Below, piece by piece: positions 37,402-46,062 of a stretch of DNA of 64,000 nucleotides (the stretch's first letter is position 1; every line of letters starts with the position of its first letter). The notes beneath the pieces were generated by a model, which saw only the letters and a program-made list of their open reading frames with translations, had not been told where the DNA came from and did no database searches. Location: the NCBI GenBank assembly GCA_947303945.1, contig CAMYZS010000003.1, positions 4,716 to 68,715 on the forward strand, in the 5' to 3' direction. The DNA comes from an uncultured Candidatus Saccharibacteria bacterium. Lineage in GTDB: Bacteria; Patescibacteriota; Saccharimonadia; Saccharimonadales; Saccharimonadaceae. The translations under genes were made by a program, and so were the position numbers.

Positions 37402-38277
37402 CTACTTAATTAAGAATATATCAAATTGGTTCGTAATATTGTTTTTCTTCTCCGGAGTATCAATTAATTCACGCATATCATGCACGCTATCATTCCCAAC
37501 AACTATATATTTTGAATAATACTTCAAAAGTAATTCCACAAACTCCACCGTTTCAACCTTTGCGCGCTTATGAAAGAATGCTGGCGTAAACTCCATAAAA
37601 ACTGGAATATCGGCACTTGATAGAACCGCATCCGCCCCTTTTATCACCTCCGGTTCAAACCCTTCCGTATCAATCCAAATATACTTTATGTCGTAAGGAT
37701 TAATACCTTGAGCTTCAACATAGTTGTCGAGCGTACCAACCTGAGTGATATTTTCCCCATCATCTCCCTCCTCGCCATCTTTCAAATATTCTATATTTGC
37801 TCCCCCCATATTAGCAGACCAATAATTAACCCTTGCCTCCGCAGACTTTGCCCCCAAAGCCCCATGCACAAACATACACACATCATCTGGCACGCCGTTC
37901 AAAAGCGCATTGGCCTTTAACAATCTATAATTATCATCCACTGGTTCAAATGCCGCAATTCTCAAATTCTGATCAAATTTTTTATAAAAAGAAATGCAAG
38001 TTGTACCGATATTTGCACCAATATCAAAAAAATACTTCGGCTCCGAATCGTCGACTGAATAATACTGATGCGCCAAACGATAAAACTCCCCTATCGAAGC
38101 AGAGGCCCAAATTCTATTATTAATATAAGAGCGCCTAATAATAAACTTATCAGAGGATCTACCAATAAACGAAACTCCGTCTACTGTATATGTAAAGAAA
38201 TCATTTCCAGGCGTGATAGCATCAAACAACACTTCACGGTCGGCTCTATCTTGATTATTAAAGCTAATCTTCATCAC
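37402..38277 (-). CDS. FkbM-family SAM-dependent methyltransferase
   Basis: 291 aa with FFDIGANIGTTCISF and the FEP...N motif, plus WIDTEGFEPEVIKG. Confidence 0.75.
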   Translation of the reverse strand: MMKISFNNQDRADREVLFDAITPGNDFFTYTVDGVSFIGRSSDKFIIRRSYINNRIWASASIGEFYRLAHQYYSVDDSEPKYFFDIGANIGTTCISFYKKFDQNLRIAAFEPVDDNYRLLKANALLNGVPDDVCMFVHGALGAKSAEARVNYWSANMGGANIEYLKDGEEGDDGENITQVGTLDNYVEAQGINPYDIKYIWIDTEGFEPEVIKGADAVLSSADIPVFMEFTPAFFHKRAKVETVEFVELLLKYYSKYIVVGNDSVHDMRELIDTPEKKNNITNQFDIFLIK

Positions 38278-38345
38278 TATCTATCATATCATGCTTATGT
38301 TTTTATTTTTTCTCTAATTATTATTTTTTATAGTACAATCAAATT

Positions 38346-38510
38346 ATGACAAAACTAGAGCATAAGCCAACCGAAGAATCAAAACTTTGGATGATTGGCA
38401 TGGTCGGCGTAATCACCGCAATTGTCCTCTTAGTTATGATCGCAATCTTCATCCAACATCAAGAGTTAACCGCCAAAACTACCACCACCGACATTTCTCA
38501 AGAAAACTAG
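38346..38510 (+). CDS. Possible small membrane protein (54 aa, below the ORF-track cutoff)
   Basis: ATG...TAG frame MTKLEHKPTEESKLWMIGMVGVITAIVLLVMIAIFIQHQELTAKTTTTDISQEN with one TM helix. It is followed by a terminator hairpin at 38513-38539. Confidence 0.35.
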   Translation: MTKLEHKPTEESKLWMIGMVGVITAIVLLVMIAIFIQHQELTAKTTTTDISQEN

Positions 38511-38550
38511 CAAGCCTCAGACTTCCATCTGAGGCTTTTCGTAACGACGA

Positions 38551-39030
38551 CTAATCGTAATAACTGTTATATTTCATACAGTAATCCGCCGCATCATTAA
38601 GCGCATACAAGATTGTTGTCAACTGTAACATATTTATCGATCCGCCCAACCCCTCGCTATAATATATATTTCCGTACTCTTCCGCCAATACCTCGTGTTG
38701 CCGACTATTAAATGAACTTCGGCCACCACTATTCAAGGCGATATTCAAATCAACACCCACAACACCGCCGAGTTTCTTAGGCTTAGACGTCAAGATAATA
38801 ACAGAACCACCATCCTCTTGTTTGCCTCCCCAAAGAGGCGCCACGATAGTAATCGTATTATTACCTTTTTTAACTTCATACTCATTGCAACCAAAGATTT
38901 TTAGCATGTGCCCTAAGTCTAATTTAAACACACCGTTCTCGCTACGGCATATACCCATACTTAAGGCATAATTCGCCGCACAAATTGGGCCGCCAAAAAT
39001 ATTGCTACCGTACATCACCCCTCCTATCAT
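38551..39030 (-). CDS. Hypothetical protein
   Basis: The track ORF starts at TTG 39042. ATG 39030 sits 5 nt after GGAGG (MIGGVMYGSNIFGG...). No recognisable motif. Confidence 0.6.
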   Translation of the reverse strand: MIGGVMYGSNIFGGPICAANYALSMGICRSENGVFKLDLGHMLKIFGCNEYEVKKGNNTITIVAPLWGGKQEDGGSVIILTSKPKKLGGVVGVDLNIALNSGGRSSFNSRQHEVLAEEYGNIYYSEGLGGSINMLQLTTILYALNDAADYCMKYNSYYD

Positions 39031-39138
39031 ACTTACCTCCAAGTTCTTCTATGCGACTCCATTAAGGAGCAAGTCTACCAACTACTGTTTTATAATAACA
39101 TTTTAGAACCCAACTATGATATAATTAGAACCACCCAC

Positions 39139-39214
39139 GGGGTGTTAGCTCAGTTGGTAGAGCGACTGGTTCGCAATCAGTAGGTCAGGAGTTCGAATCT
39201 CCTACACTCCACCA
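39139..39214 (+). tRNA. tRNA-Ala (anticodon CGC), CCA encoded
   Basis: Acceptor ggggtgt/acactcc with the G3:U70 identity pair, and anticodon loop ttCGCaa. Confidence 0.9.
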
Positions 39215-39450
39215 AACGGTTTATGAAATAATTCGCAATCTATTCCTACTCTTTGCGATTCTGTTAAATTCCTCGTAGAAATAGAGGGCTATTTTTGTGT
39301 CATTTCGGTGACAAAAACACATTAAAAATCGTGTTTTACCTCTATAATTTTGTCGGTTAAATCCCTAATTTAATCTCATAAGCTTCGTTATAGTGTAGCT
39401 AAGAATAGTGTGTCCATTTAAAATACTTGTAAATATGCTACGATAAAACC

Positions 39451-39873
39451 ATGAGCACTAAATCTAATAAAACAAATATTCGTGTCAAAATTAACACCAG
39501 CTTGCTTTTTATTATGAGCGTGGTTTTTGGCGCCATCACTTTTACTACGGCTTCTAGTATCTACAAAGCTTCAAATAATTTTCAAAGCGTTTCTGATGCA
39601 CCAGGTCTTTGCTATGATGAAACTAAAGCTGAAGACTCATTCATCCGTGAAAATTCTTATATTTGCACTACTGAACACGACGAAGACGGTAACGCTTTGC
39701 AAGCTACAACGAACAATGAGAACACCCTCTTTCTCTATGATCGTCTGACACTATCCTCGTTGATTCGCTCTAGTGACCACATTGCCGTCATTTTATCTAT
39801 TGGCTCGATGTTTACTATCGCTAGCTTCGTCGCCACTTTTGTTTATTGGAATCATAATAAAGCTAAAATTTAA
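39451..39873 (+). CDS. Hypothetical membrane protein (N- and C-terminal TM segments)
   Basis: 140 aa with hydrophobic segments LLFIMSVVFGAITFTTA and AVILSIGSMFTIASFVATFVYW. Confidence 0.55.
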   Translation: MSTKSNKTNIRVKINTSLLFIMSVVFGAITFTTASSIYKASNNFQSVSDAPGLCYDETKAEDSFIRENSYICTTEHDEDGNALQATTNNENTLFLYDRLTLSSLIRSSDHIAVILSIGSMFTIASFVATFVYWNHNKAKI

Positions 39874-39992
39874 TAGAAATTAAGTTGACCAGCTAGTTCA
39901 CATATCTATAGTGCACGAGTTTTCCCCTAGGTCCTCTTTATACACTGTTAAAACTTGGCTAATTAAGCCCCACCAAGAATTATTACTCAAAC

Positions 39993-40016
39993 CTTGTTCA
40001 AAAAAATTTGAACAAG
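39993..40016. terminator. Bidirectional hairpin between convergent genes
   Basis: Perfect 10 bp palindrome cttgttcaaa-aaaa-tttgaacaag, with T/A runs on both sides. Confidence 0.55.
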
Positions 40017-40133
40017 ATTTTAGTAATTCACGGGTATCATCGACACATACTTTATACATACGCTGACTTATAGTTTTTCATTCTATCAATAAATACCGTT
40101 GACTGCATTGGGCTGTTTTTTTTAAAAACCGCG

Positions 40134-40233
40134 GAACTGGTGGCTCAATTACTTGTTTTGAGTGACTAGTTCTGAGGTTTTGGAATAGAGGCGCACCAAG
40201 CGGTGCGCCCTAGCAGTTTATTATGAAAGAATT
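40134..40233. repeat. Direct repeat copy A (about 100 nt) at the 3' end of the hexapeptide-repeat gene
   Basis: About 85% identical by eye to 41001-41101. It includes the last codons (..ILS*) and an 8 bp GC hairpin ggcgcacc-aagc-ggtgcgcc. Confidence 0.8.
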
Positions 40234-40880
40234 GTGTCTCCGGACACTTCGGTGTTTCCATAGACCTTAGCTTCACCATTGACATGGGCGTTACCGAAAA
40301 TCTTAGCATCGCCAAAGACATCGGCATAACCATAGACTAATGCGTTTCCGAAAATTCGTGCATTGCCGCAGATTCGGGCACTGTCGTAAATCTTAACACT
40401 TCCAGAAATCTTGGCGTTATCGTAGGCCCAGGCTCTGCCATAAACTTTGGCATTGTCGCAGACTTCAGCGTCGTCACGAATCAAGACCATATCGTAAATC
40501 TCAGCAAATCCATAGACCTTGGCGTTACCGTAGACTTCGGTACGACCGTAGACCTTGGCATGACCATAGACCTTGGCATGACCATAGGCAAGGGCGTTCT
40601 CAAAAATTTCGGCCCCATCATAGATTTGAGCGAAGCCGAAGAGCTCGGCATTACCGTAAACTATGGCATTACCACAAACTTTGGCCTTACCATAAACTTT
40701 GGCATTTCTAAAGATCCAACAAGAACCTTTCTGAGAAAGGTTTTCTTCTTTCTCGACCCAACCGCCTATGTCACCCCTTTTTACCCCTATTTCCGGAATA
40801 CCCTTAAGAGCTTTGATGCGATGAAGAATACGCCCAAACCATTGCATAGTTTCTGTAGTCAATTCAAATTTTTTATCCAT
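40221..40880 (-). CDS. Hexapeptide-like repeat protein (about 25 tandem xxVYGN units; predicted beta-helix)
   Basis: The likely start is ATG 40880, 7 nt after GGAGGGG (MDKKFELTTETMQWFGRILHRIKAL...). The track ORF extends to 41063 through repeat copy B. The C-terminal 160 aa read NAKVYGKAKVCGNAIVYGNAELFGFAQIYDGAEIFENALAYGHAKVYGHAKVYG... Confidence 0.65.
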   Translation of the reverse strand: MDKKFELTTETMQWFGRILHRIKALKGIPEIGVKRGDIGGWVEKEENLSQKGSCWIFRNAKVYGKAKVCGNAIVYGNAELFGFAQIYDGAEIFENALAYGHAKVYGHAKVYGRTEVYGNAKVYGFAEIYDMVLIRDDAEVCDNAKVYGRAWAYDNAKISGSVKIYDSARICGNARIFGNALVYGYADVFGDAKIFGNAHVNGEAKVYGNTEVSGDTILS

Positions 40881-41000
40881 AATATACCCCTCCATTGAGC
40901 CGAATAGTGAAATAATGGAAAGACTATGCCCTATGTTAGCGGCATCTTCTTTCATAACCTTAAGGTGCTCCTGTGTTTTTGTCGTATTAGCAAAACTACA

Positions 41001-41101
41001 GGACTGATGACTCAATGCCATGTCTTGAGTGACCGGTTCTGAGGTTTTGGAATAGAGGCACACCTAAAGGTGCGCCCCAACAGTTCATTATGAAAGAATC
41101 G
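41001..41101. repeat. Direct repeat copy B (about 100 nt) upstream of the hexapeptide-repeat gene
   Basis: It aligns with 40134-40233, carrying the same ..ILS* codons (41088-41099) and a degenerate version of the GC hairpin. Confidence 0.8.
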
Positions 41102-41330
41102 CGGCTTCGACTGTTAGCTTTTTATGTCTTGGCGAGTTTCCGGATTATTTTTCCATAATCCTTCATAATAAGCTTTACAACATTATCCATTTCGTCCATT
41201 GCGGACTTTAATCTTCTTAGCTATTTTTTCGGCTATCAGACTTCTATTATACTATAGGAGACCATCCTCTCGAATAATCCCACCCTGCATACATCTTGAT
41301 ACTATGCCCATTTAGACAGTTTCGAATTGC

Positions 41331-41516
41331 CTACTCATTAACCTCAAGTATTTTGCCAATCTCCCTACTCCGGTATCCGTCGGTATAAAGTTAAATCGCT
41401 CCTTCGGCTTCGAGAGCTTCCCCATCTTTTTTACGCGTTGTTACAACCTCCGCCTCATTAAAAGCATTACGGATAGTTATTCGATGAGCCCCCATATACT
41501 GCCGCAAGCTAACCCA
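41331..41516 (-). pseudogene. Remnant of an HTH-containing gene (in-frame TAA, no start)
   Basis: The minus frame reads WVSLRQYMGAHRITIRNAFNEAEVVTTRKKDGEALEAEGAI*LYTDGYRSREIGKILEVNE*. The tail resembles resolvase/LuxR/sigma-r4 type HTH (GYs..EIgkiLgV). Confidence 0.35.
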
Positions 41517-41582
41517 TTTCAAATGTTAGATTAAATAAAGTTGCGAGAGTCCCCACCATATTTAAAGACTGCTCAGTCTTTT

Positions 41583-41855
41583 TTAATACCGCATCGGACG
41601 TTGCACGGAAGTCGGAATATCATTAAACATATCCGTCTTTGTAACTAGGCTAGAAACATCCCAATTGTTAAGCGGTTCCAGACTTGCAATCGCAGAGTCT
41701 TGGATAGAACTATCTGCGCGGGATACAGCACCAATGGTACCATCCGAGGTCGTAACGAAGCCTTGAAACTCAAGGCCATCAGGTATCTTGTCTATGACGG
41801 AGATTCTACCGCTATATACACTTATAATAATTTTGCCAATATCGTGTTCCGCTTA
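41583..41855 (-). pseudogene. Start-less fragment of a surface-protein gene (DUF285/BspA-like WDVS..V..M..MF motif)
   Basis: The minus frame reads AEHDIGKIIISVYSGRISVIDKIPDGLEFQGFVTTSDGTIGAVSRADSSIQDSAIASLEPLNNWDVSSLVTKTDMFNDIPTSVQRPMRY*. It has no canonical start codon and overlaps the sortase 3' end. Confidence 0.35.
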
Positions 41856-42550
41856 TTCTTCTCTTTCCCGTCGCACGTCGATAATAGTATATACTTACTG
41901 TTCGAGTCATAGTCTTCTACGCTTATTGATGACTTATTATCAATAATATCTCTTGCTACATTCTTATCATTTCGACTCTTCTCCACATTGTATACTCCTC
42001 AATCGTTCGCCATGATCTCGGCATAAGAAATAAGCTTAAGTTCAATTGTCCGATCACGCATTTTTAAATAACCCTTTGGGTGACTTCTTAAAAAAGCTTC
42101 ATCGCTAAAATAGTGAATATCCGAGAACATCTCACCATTACCCATTCTGTGGCCATATATTACAGAAAAGACATCATTAAATCTAGCGCTATTCCTATAA
42201 TCTAAAAACAAACTTCCAGCAGTCGCAAACTCGCCTTTATAATTACGATTTAGAAACCAACTATTATCCTCGCCCTGCACTAGCGGATAATTAATTCGCG
42301 TCCCCTCAATTTTCAACCAAGCTATTACATACTCCGAATCCTCTTCCAACTTCTCAAACGCCTCTGCACTCCGCTCTTCCACCATTTTCACCAGCTGCCC
42401 ATCAACTATGGAACTCTTACTTACCAATACTGAATCTATCATCACATAAACACCCAACGCCATAATCGGCACAACCATCAAGTAAATAGCTAGATCCAGA
42501 ATTCTATTAGTCAACCTCATGAGCAAGCCCTCGCACGCATACTCTGGCAA
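41822..42550 (-). pseudogene. Class B sortase, full-length frame interrupted by a single in-frame TGA (41999-42001)
   Basis: The track ORF 41999-42550 ends ...EIMAND*. The same frame continues GVYNVEKSRNDKNVARDIIDNKSSISVEDYDSNSKYILLSTCDGKEKNKRNTILAKLL* with the catalytic LSTC Cys and conserved Arg. The N-terminal part has the SrtB-like NYPLVQGEDNSWFLNRNYKGEFATAGSLFLDYRN and IYGHRM. The total is 242 codons, normal SrtB size. The likely start is ATG 42520 (MRLTNRIL). Confidence 0.8.
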
Positions 42551-42806
42551 TTATCTTCCCTTTTACTATTCCATCTTTTGCATTATCATACATTACCGCA
42601 TCGCCACTATCCATCAGTAACAAGTCGTTTGTACCATAATTACGGCACACTCTACAAAACAACACTAAGTCACCGTCAATTTTGCCAACACCTCTTTCGA
42701 TGCCAAAAACTACACCAAACATGACATAGAATATATTCACGGCAAACAGCGCTTTTAGAAAAAGGCGCGCCCACTCGCGCCCTTTTCTTCGTTTTATTTT
42801 GAGCAT
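42507..42806 (-). CDS. Small membrane protein, possibly a catalytically dead signal-peptidase-like (SipA/LepA-type) pilus assembly factor
   Basis: 99 aa with an N-terminal TM. FGIERGVGKIDGDLVLFCRV aligns loosely with the S26 box SGSMEPT...GDLVLV but lacks the Ser. It overlaps both neighbours translationally. Confidence 0.4.
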   Translation of the reverse strand: MLKIKRRKGREWARLFLKALFAVNIFYVMFGVVFGIERGVGKIDGDLVLFCRVCRNYGTNDLLLMDSGDAVMYDNAKDGIVKGKIIARVCVRGLAHEVD

Positions 42807-43873
42807 TTTGTTTTACGTTGTTTCTTTTTATTCATATAAACAATTGTCACAAATAGCCCACAAATACCTATCGCTAACACATATGGCATAATATCAATCA
42901 TAATACCTGTCAGCACACTCCCTTCTTTATGGTTTAAGAAATCAACCCGGTTGCTCGCTCCATCTTCCGTAACAGAAACCGTTTTTGTTTCAGAAGTATT
43001 ACCAAGCACATCGTCAACATACTGCGTATAGCCATTCGCGTCAACCTCAATTAAACTATACGTTATTCCAATTGGTAGTTCTTCTTTTTCGCCATCATAA
43101 CCGATATATGCAGTCTGTCCATGCTTTAGATATATATAACTATTATTATCGCCAACAGTAATTTTATCGGTAGTAGCTATACTAGAGCCACCATATCTTA
43201 TTACACTATCCTGACCATATACTGTAAACTCATTACCATTTCCAATGCCATTTATTATTACTTTGTATTTAAAATAATCATCTACGCTTGCCAAGTTTCC
43301 GCTTACCGTGTTAGTTACTTCAATCCTACTTCTCACTGCTACTGACTCAAAATTTGCATCTGTTTTATCGCCAGTATCATGATTCTTCACCTGTTCAGAC
43401 ATCGTAGCAATATACTCACCAGTCGGTTGACCGTCATCATTGAGACGGTTGCGTACGCTCACATAATAATAGTACTCTTTCTCGCTATCGACTGGATAGT
43501 TTACCGCATCTTGCGACCTCGTCTCACGTACGACAAACTTATAATCGCCCAAAGCTGTAAAGTCATAATTCTTAATTTTTAGACCGCCCTGCACCACAAC
43601 ATTACCATCCGAGTCGGGGTCCCCAGTTACCTCGAGTCCAAATTCATCTGGTAATCCTTCAAGTACTGCTGGATTACCTTCATCTTGCGTTAATGAATAA
43701 TAAAATACATTACTTACTCGACTCTTTAATCCACGAATTGTACGCGTAACTCTTATTCAATTCGGACTATCTGGATTATTCGCCAATGTCGTGCTTGTGG
43801 CATGTGCCGTCGACAATGCAAATGGTGCCGCTAATATGCTTAAAATTGCCCCAATTTTTAATGCCTTCCTCAT
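42794..43873 (-). pseudogene. Sortase-substrate surface protein / pilin-like, full-length frame interrupted by a single in-frame TGA (43757-43759)
   Basis: ATG 43873 sits 5 nt after GGAGG. The frame reads MRKALKIGAILSILAAPFALSTAHA (Sec signal) TSTTLANNPDSPN*IRVTRTIRGLKSRVSNVFYYSLTQDEGNP...VVVQGGLKIKNYDF, continuing in frame into track ORF 42794-43597. The C-terminus EGSVLTG plus a hydrophobic stretch plus KKKQRKTK is a cell-wall sorting signal. Confidence 0.75.
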
Positions 43874-43996
43874 ATTACCTCCGTTTAACTTTTATAAAAC
43901 ATCAAAATATCACGGGCCAGACTTCATTCTTACCTCCACATTAATTGCTAACTGTACTTTAAAACAAAAAAATTAGCATCAAAAGCATAAGTTTAA

Positions 43997-45619
43997 TTAT
44001 TTCTTAACTGCTTTTTCAGTAACGTCAAATTTCTCCATATATAGAGCTAATAATAACCGTGTCTGCGAGTAAAATGCGCAGGCCGAAGAATAAACAATTG
44101 CAATCACTGGCGCAATAACCCACTGTACTGCCATCCATATTTTCTTGCTCTTCTTGTAACGCGCTGGCCTTGGCGGCAACATTCTAAGCGAAAGTATCAA
44201 AGATACAAATAAGCCAATCGCCGCTACAGTCTGAATATAACTAACAACCATCGGCAAGTTATGAGATAATAAATCACGCGTATCATAATGAAAAATTAAC
44301 GGTATCCAACCACCAAAAGCGATGATTGGTGCCATCGCCGCTAGTGTTACGTGGCCATCTAATAAACGAACAAACTTTGGAATTATTACACTCCACTTCA
44401 CTGTTCTCCTCTTCGAACACATATAAGAACCGACATATGCCACATCACTTGCGCCATAATCCCACCGCCTCAATTGGACCCACTGCGCTTTTAAAGTCCT
44501 CCAAAGCGTATCCGACAATACCGCATCTTGATAAATCGGCGCCCGGATCGGCAAGACTTCATAATCGCCGTCGAAATAAAACAAGCTACGCCAATATTGA
44601 TGACCATCTTCAACAATAGTACGCGTGCTCCAAAAATCCATTTCTACTAAAGCGTCAAGAGATTGTGAATGTGACGCAAAATTGCGCAAAGTATGTGGGC
44701 GCATCGTACAAATCAGATTCCAAAAAGAGTTCGTCGAAGCCACTACGCGCGTAACCGCCGGCGCATCCCAAATATTATTCGTGAACAACGACACTGGCTG
44801 ATAGCTTAATCGTTTACGATCTTCGTGAACTATATATTCATATGCCACTACGTCAAAATAATATTTATTCGGCTTATTATCGCAGTCGAGAGTAGTTACA
44901 ATTACATTACTGTACCTGATGTTCTTTTTATTTACATATTCCTTCAAAACGCGACCAGCATATGTAATATTTCCACCCTTACCAATTACCTCATGCGCAA
45001 TATTGTCTGGATGTTTCGATAGAATAAAGTGACCAAAACGATTTTTATAGTTCTTTTCCAAAGTTTTTGCAACTTCCTCGCCCGCAATTCCACCTCTTTC
45101 CTCATAGGCGACCACTACAATCATCCGATCTTTCGGATAAGTCGTCCTCAGTAACGACTCCATTGTCGGAACAAGCACTTCAAGAGATTCGTTATACATC
45201 GTTACAATTACTGCATGATATATTTCACTCGGTTTTGGGAAATATCCCTCTTCCGCCGCTGCTACCATACAGAGATTACGTAAATGCTGGACATAATCAT
45301 ACGCATCTTTTTTTGTCCCAACTAGCTTTTCGTAACTCCCTTGTGCATCTTCCAATTCAGCCAAACGTTTCGACCAATTGACCCCTAAACAACACTGCAT
45401 CAGCTTATAACCCTGGACTGTTCTAAAAGCAATACCAACCGCCTTTACGAGGTTAATAATAACTATCAGTAAAATATAACAAGAACCTAAAACCGGATCT
45501 AACGCCGACAAAACAAACAATAAAATTATCATGCTATAACTTAGCAAGCCCGGCAAAGCTTCAAAAAAACGATATAGCGGCGACCTCTTGCCCACCGGTA
45601 TCTCAACCACCTTCGACAT
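43997..45619 (-). CDS. Processive family-2 glycosyltransferase (cellulose/chitin/hyaluronan-synthase-like)
   Basis: 540 aa with multiple TM segments. It has VIVTMYNESLEVL, the DxD-like TLDCDN, and QxxRW (WVQLRRWDYGA). Confidence 0.8.
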   Translation of the reverse strand: MSKVVEIPVGKRSPLYRFFEALPGLLSYSMIILLFVLSALDPVLGSCYILLIVIINLVKAVGIAFRTVQGYKLMQCCLGVNWSKRLAELEDAQGSYEKLVGTKKDAYDYVQHLRNLCMVAAAEEGYFPKPSEIYHAVIVTMYNESLEVLVPTMESLLRTTYPKDRMIVVVAYEERGGIAGEEVAKTLEKNYKNRFGHFILSKHPDNIAHEVIGKGGNITYAGRVLKEYVNKKNIRYSNVIVTTLDCDNKPNKYYFDVVAYEYIVHEDRKRLSYQPVSLFTNNIWDAPAVTRVVASTNSFWNLICTMRPHTLRNFASHSQSLDALVEMDFWSTRTIVEDGHQYWRSLFYFDGDYEVLPIRAPIYQDAVLSDTLWRTLKAQWVQLRRWDYGASDVAYVGSYMCSKRRTVKWSVIIPKFVRLLDGHVTLAAMAPIIAFGGWIPLIFHYDTRDLLSHNLPMVVSYIQTVAAIGLFVSLILSLRMLPPRPARYKKSKKIWMAVQWVIAPVIAIVYSSACAFYSQTRLLLALYMEKFDVTEKAVKK

Positions 45620-45985
45620 TTACCCTTCTCCAAGAATACTCATCAAAAAACGCAATGCAATTATCGTAATTGCAATACTTACACCTAAAAATAATCTCGA
45701 GATATCCCTGCTACGTTTCGTAAATAAACGTGCGCTCACTATAGTGTGGCCAACACCAATCGCTAATGCAATTAACGAAAATGAAAACAAATACCACCAA
45801 TCGCTCTGCTCATAACCATTACTGATATCAGAATAACGCGCCCAGATCTTCGGATGCGCTGGATTGAAGTTAACAATTGGCACCAAAAAAAGCCAGACAT
45901 TTAGTAAAAAGTTTACCGCCATCCACCATAATAAACTGCGATCTTTTTTCCAAATCGCCTTAAAATCTTCGGCTAAATCTTTCAT
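45620..45985 (-). CDS. Hypothetical membrane protein
   Basis: 121 aa with 3 hydrophobic segments. Its stop abuts the GT2 start. Confidence 0.6.
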   Translation of the reverse strand: MKDLAEDFKAIWKKDRSLLWWMAVNFLLNVWLFLVPIVNFNPAHPKIWARYSDISNGYEQSDWWYLFSFSLIALAIGVGHTIVSARLFTKRSRDISRLFLGVSIAITIIALRFLMSILGEG

Positions 45986-46062
45986 AGCTTTTCATTATTC
46001 TACCACAAATATCTAAAAACTCACACACGTACTATATCTTTGTAATAAATCACCGTTCAAAT

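Noticed and set aside
40881-41063. N-terminal 61 codons of track ORF 40221-41063
   Set aside because: The extension runs through direct-repeat copy B and lacks an RBS. An ATG with GGAGGGG at the proper spacing sits at 40880.
39215-43990. Integrative element inserted at tRNA-Ala, with an att repeat
   Set aside because: I looked for a downstream direct repeat of the tRNA-Ala 3' half (gttcgaatctcctacactcc) and for an integrase. Neither is present, so only 'eroded island' can be claimed.
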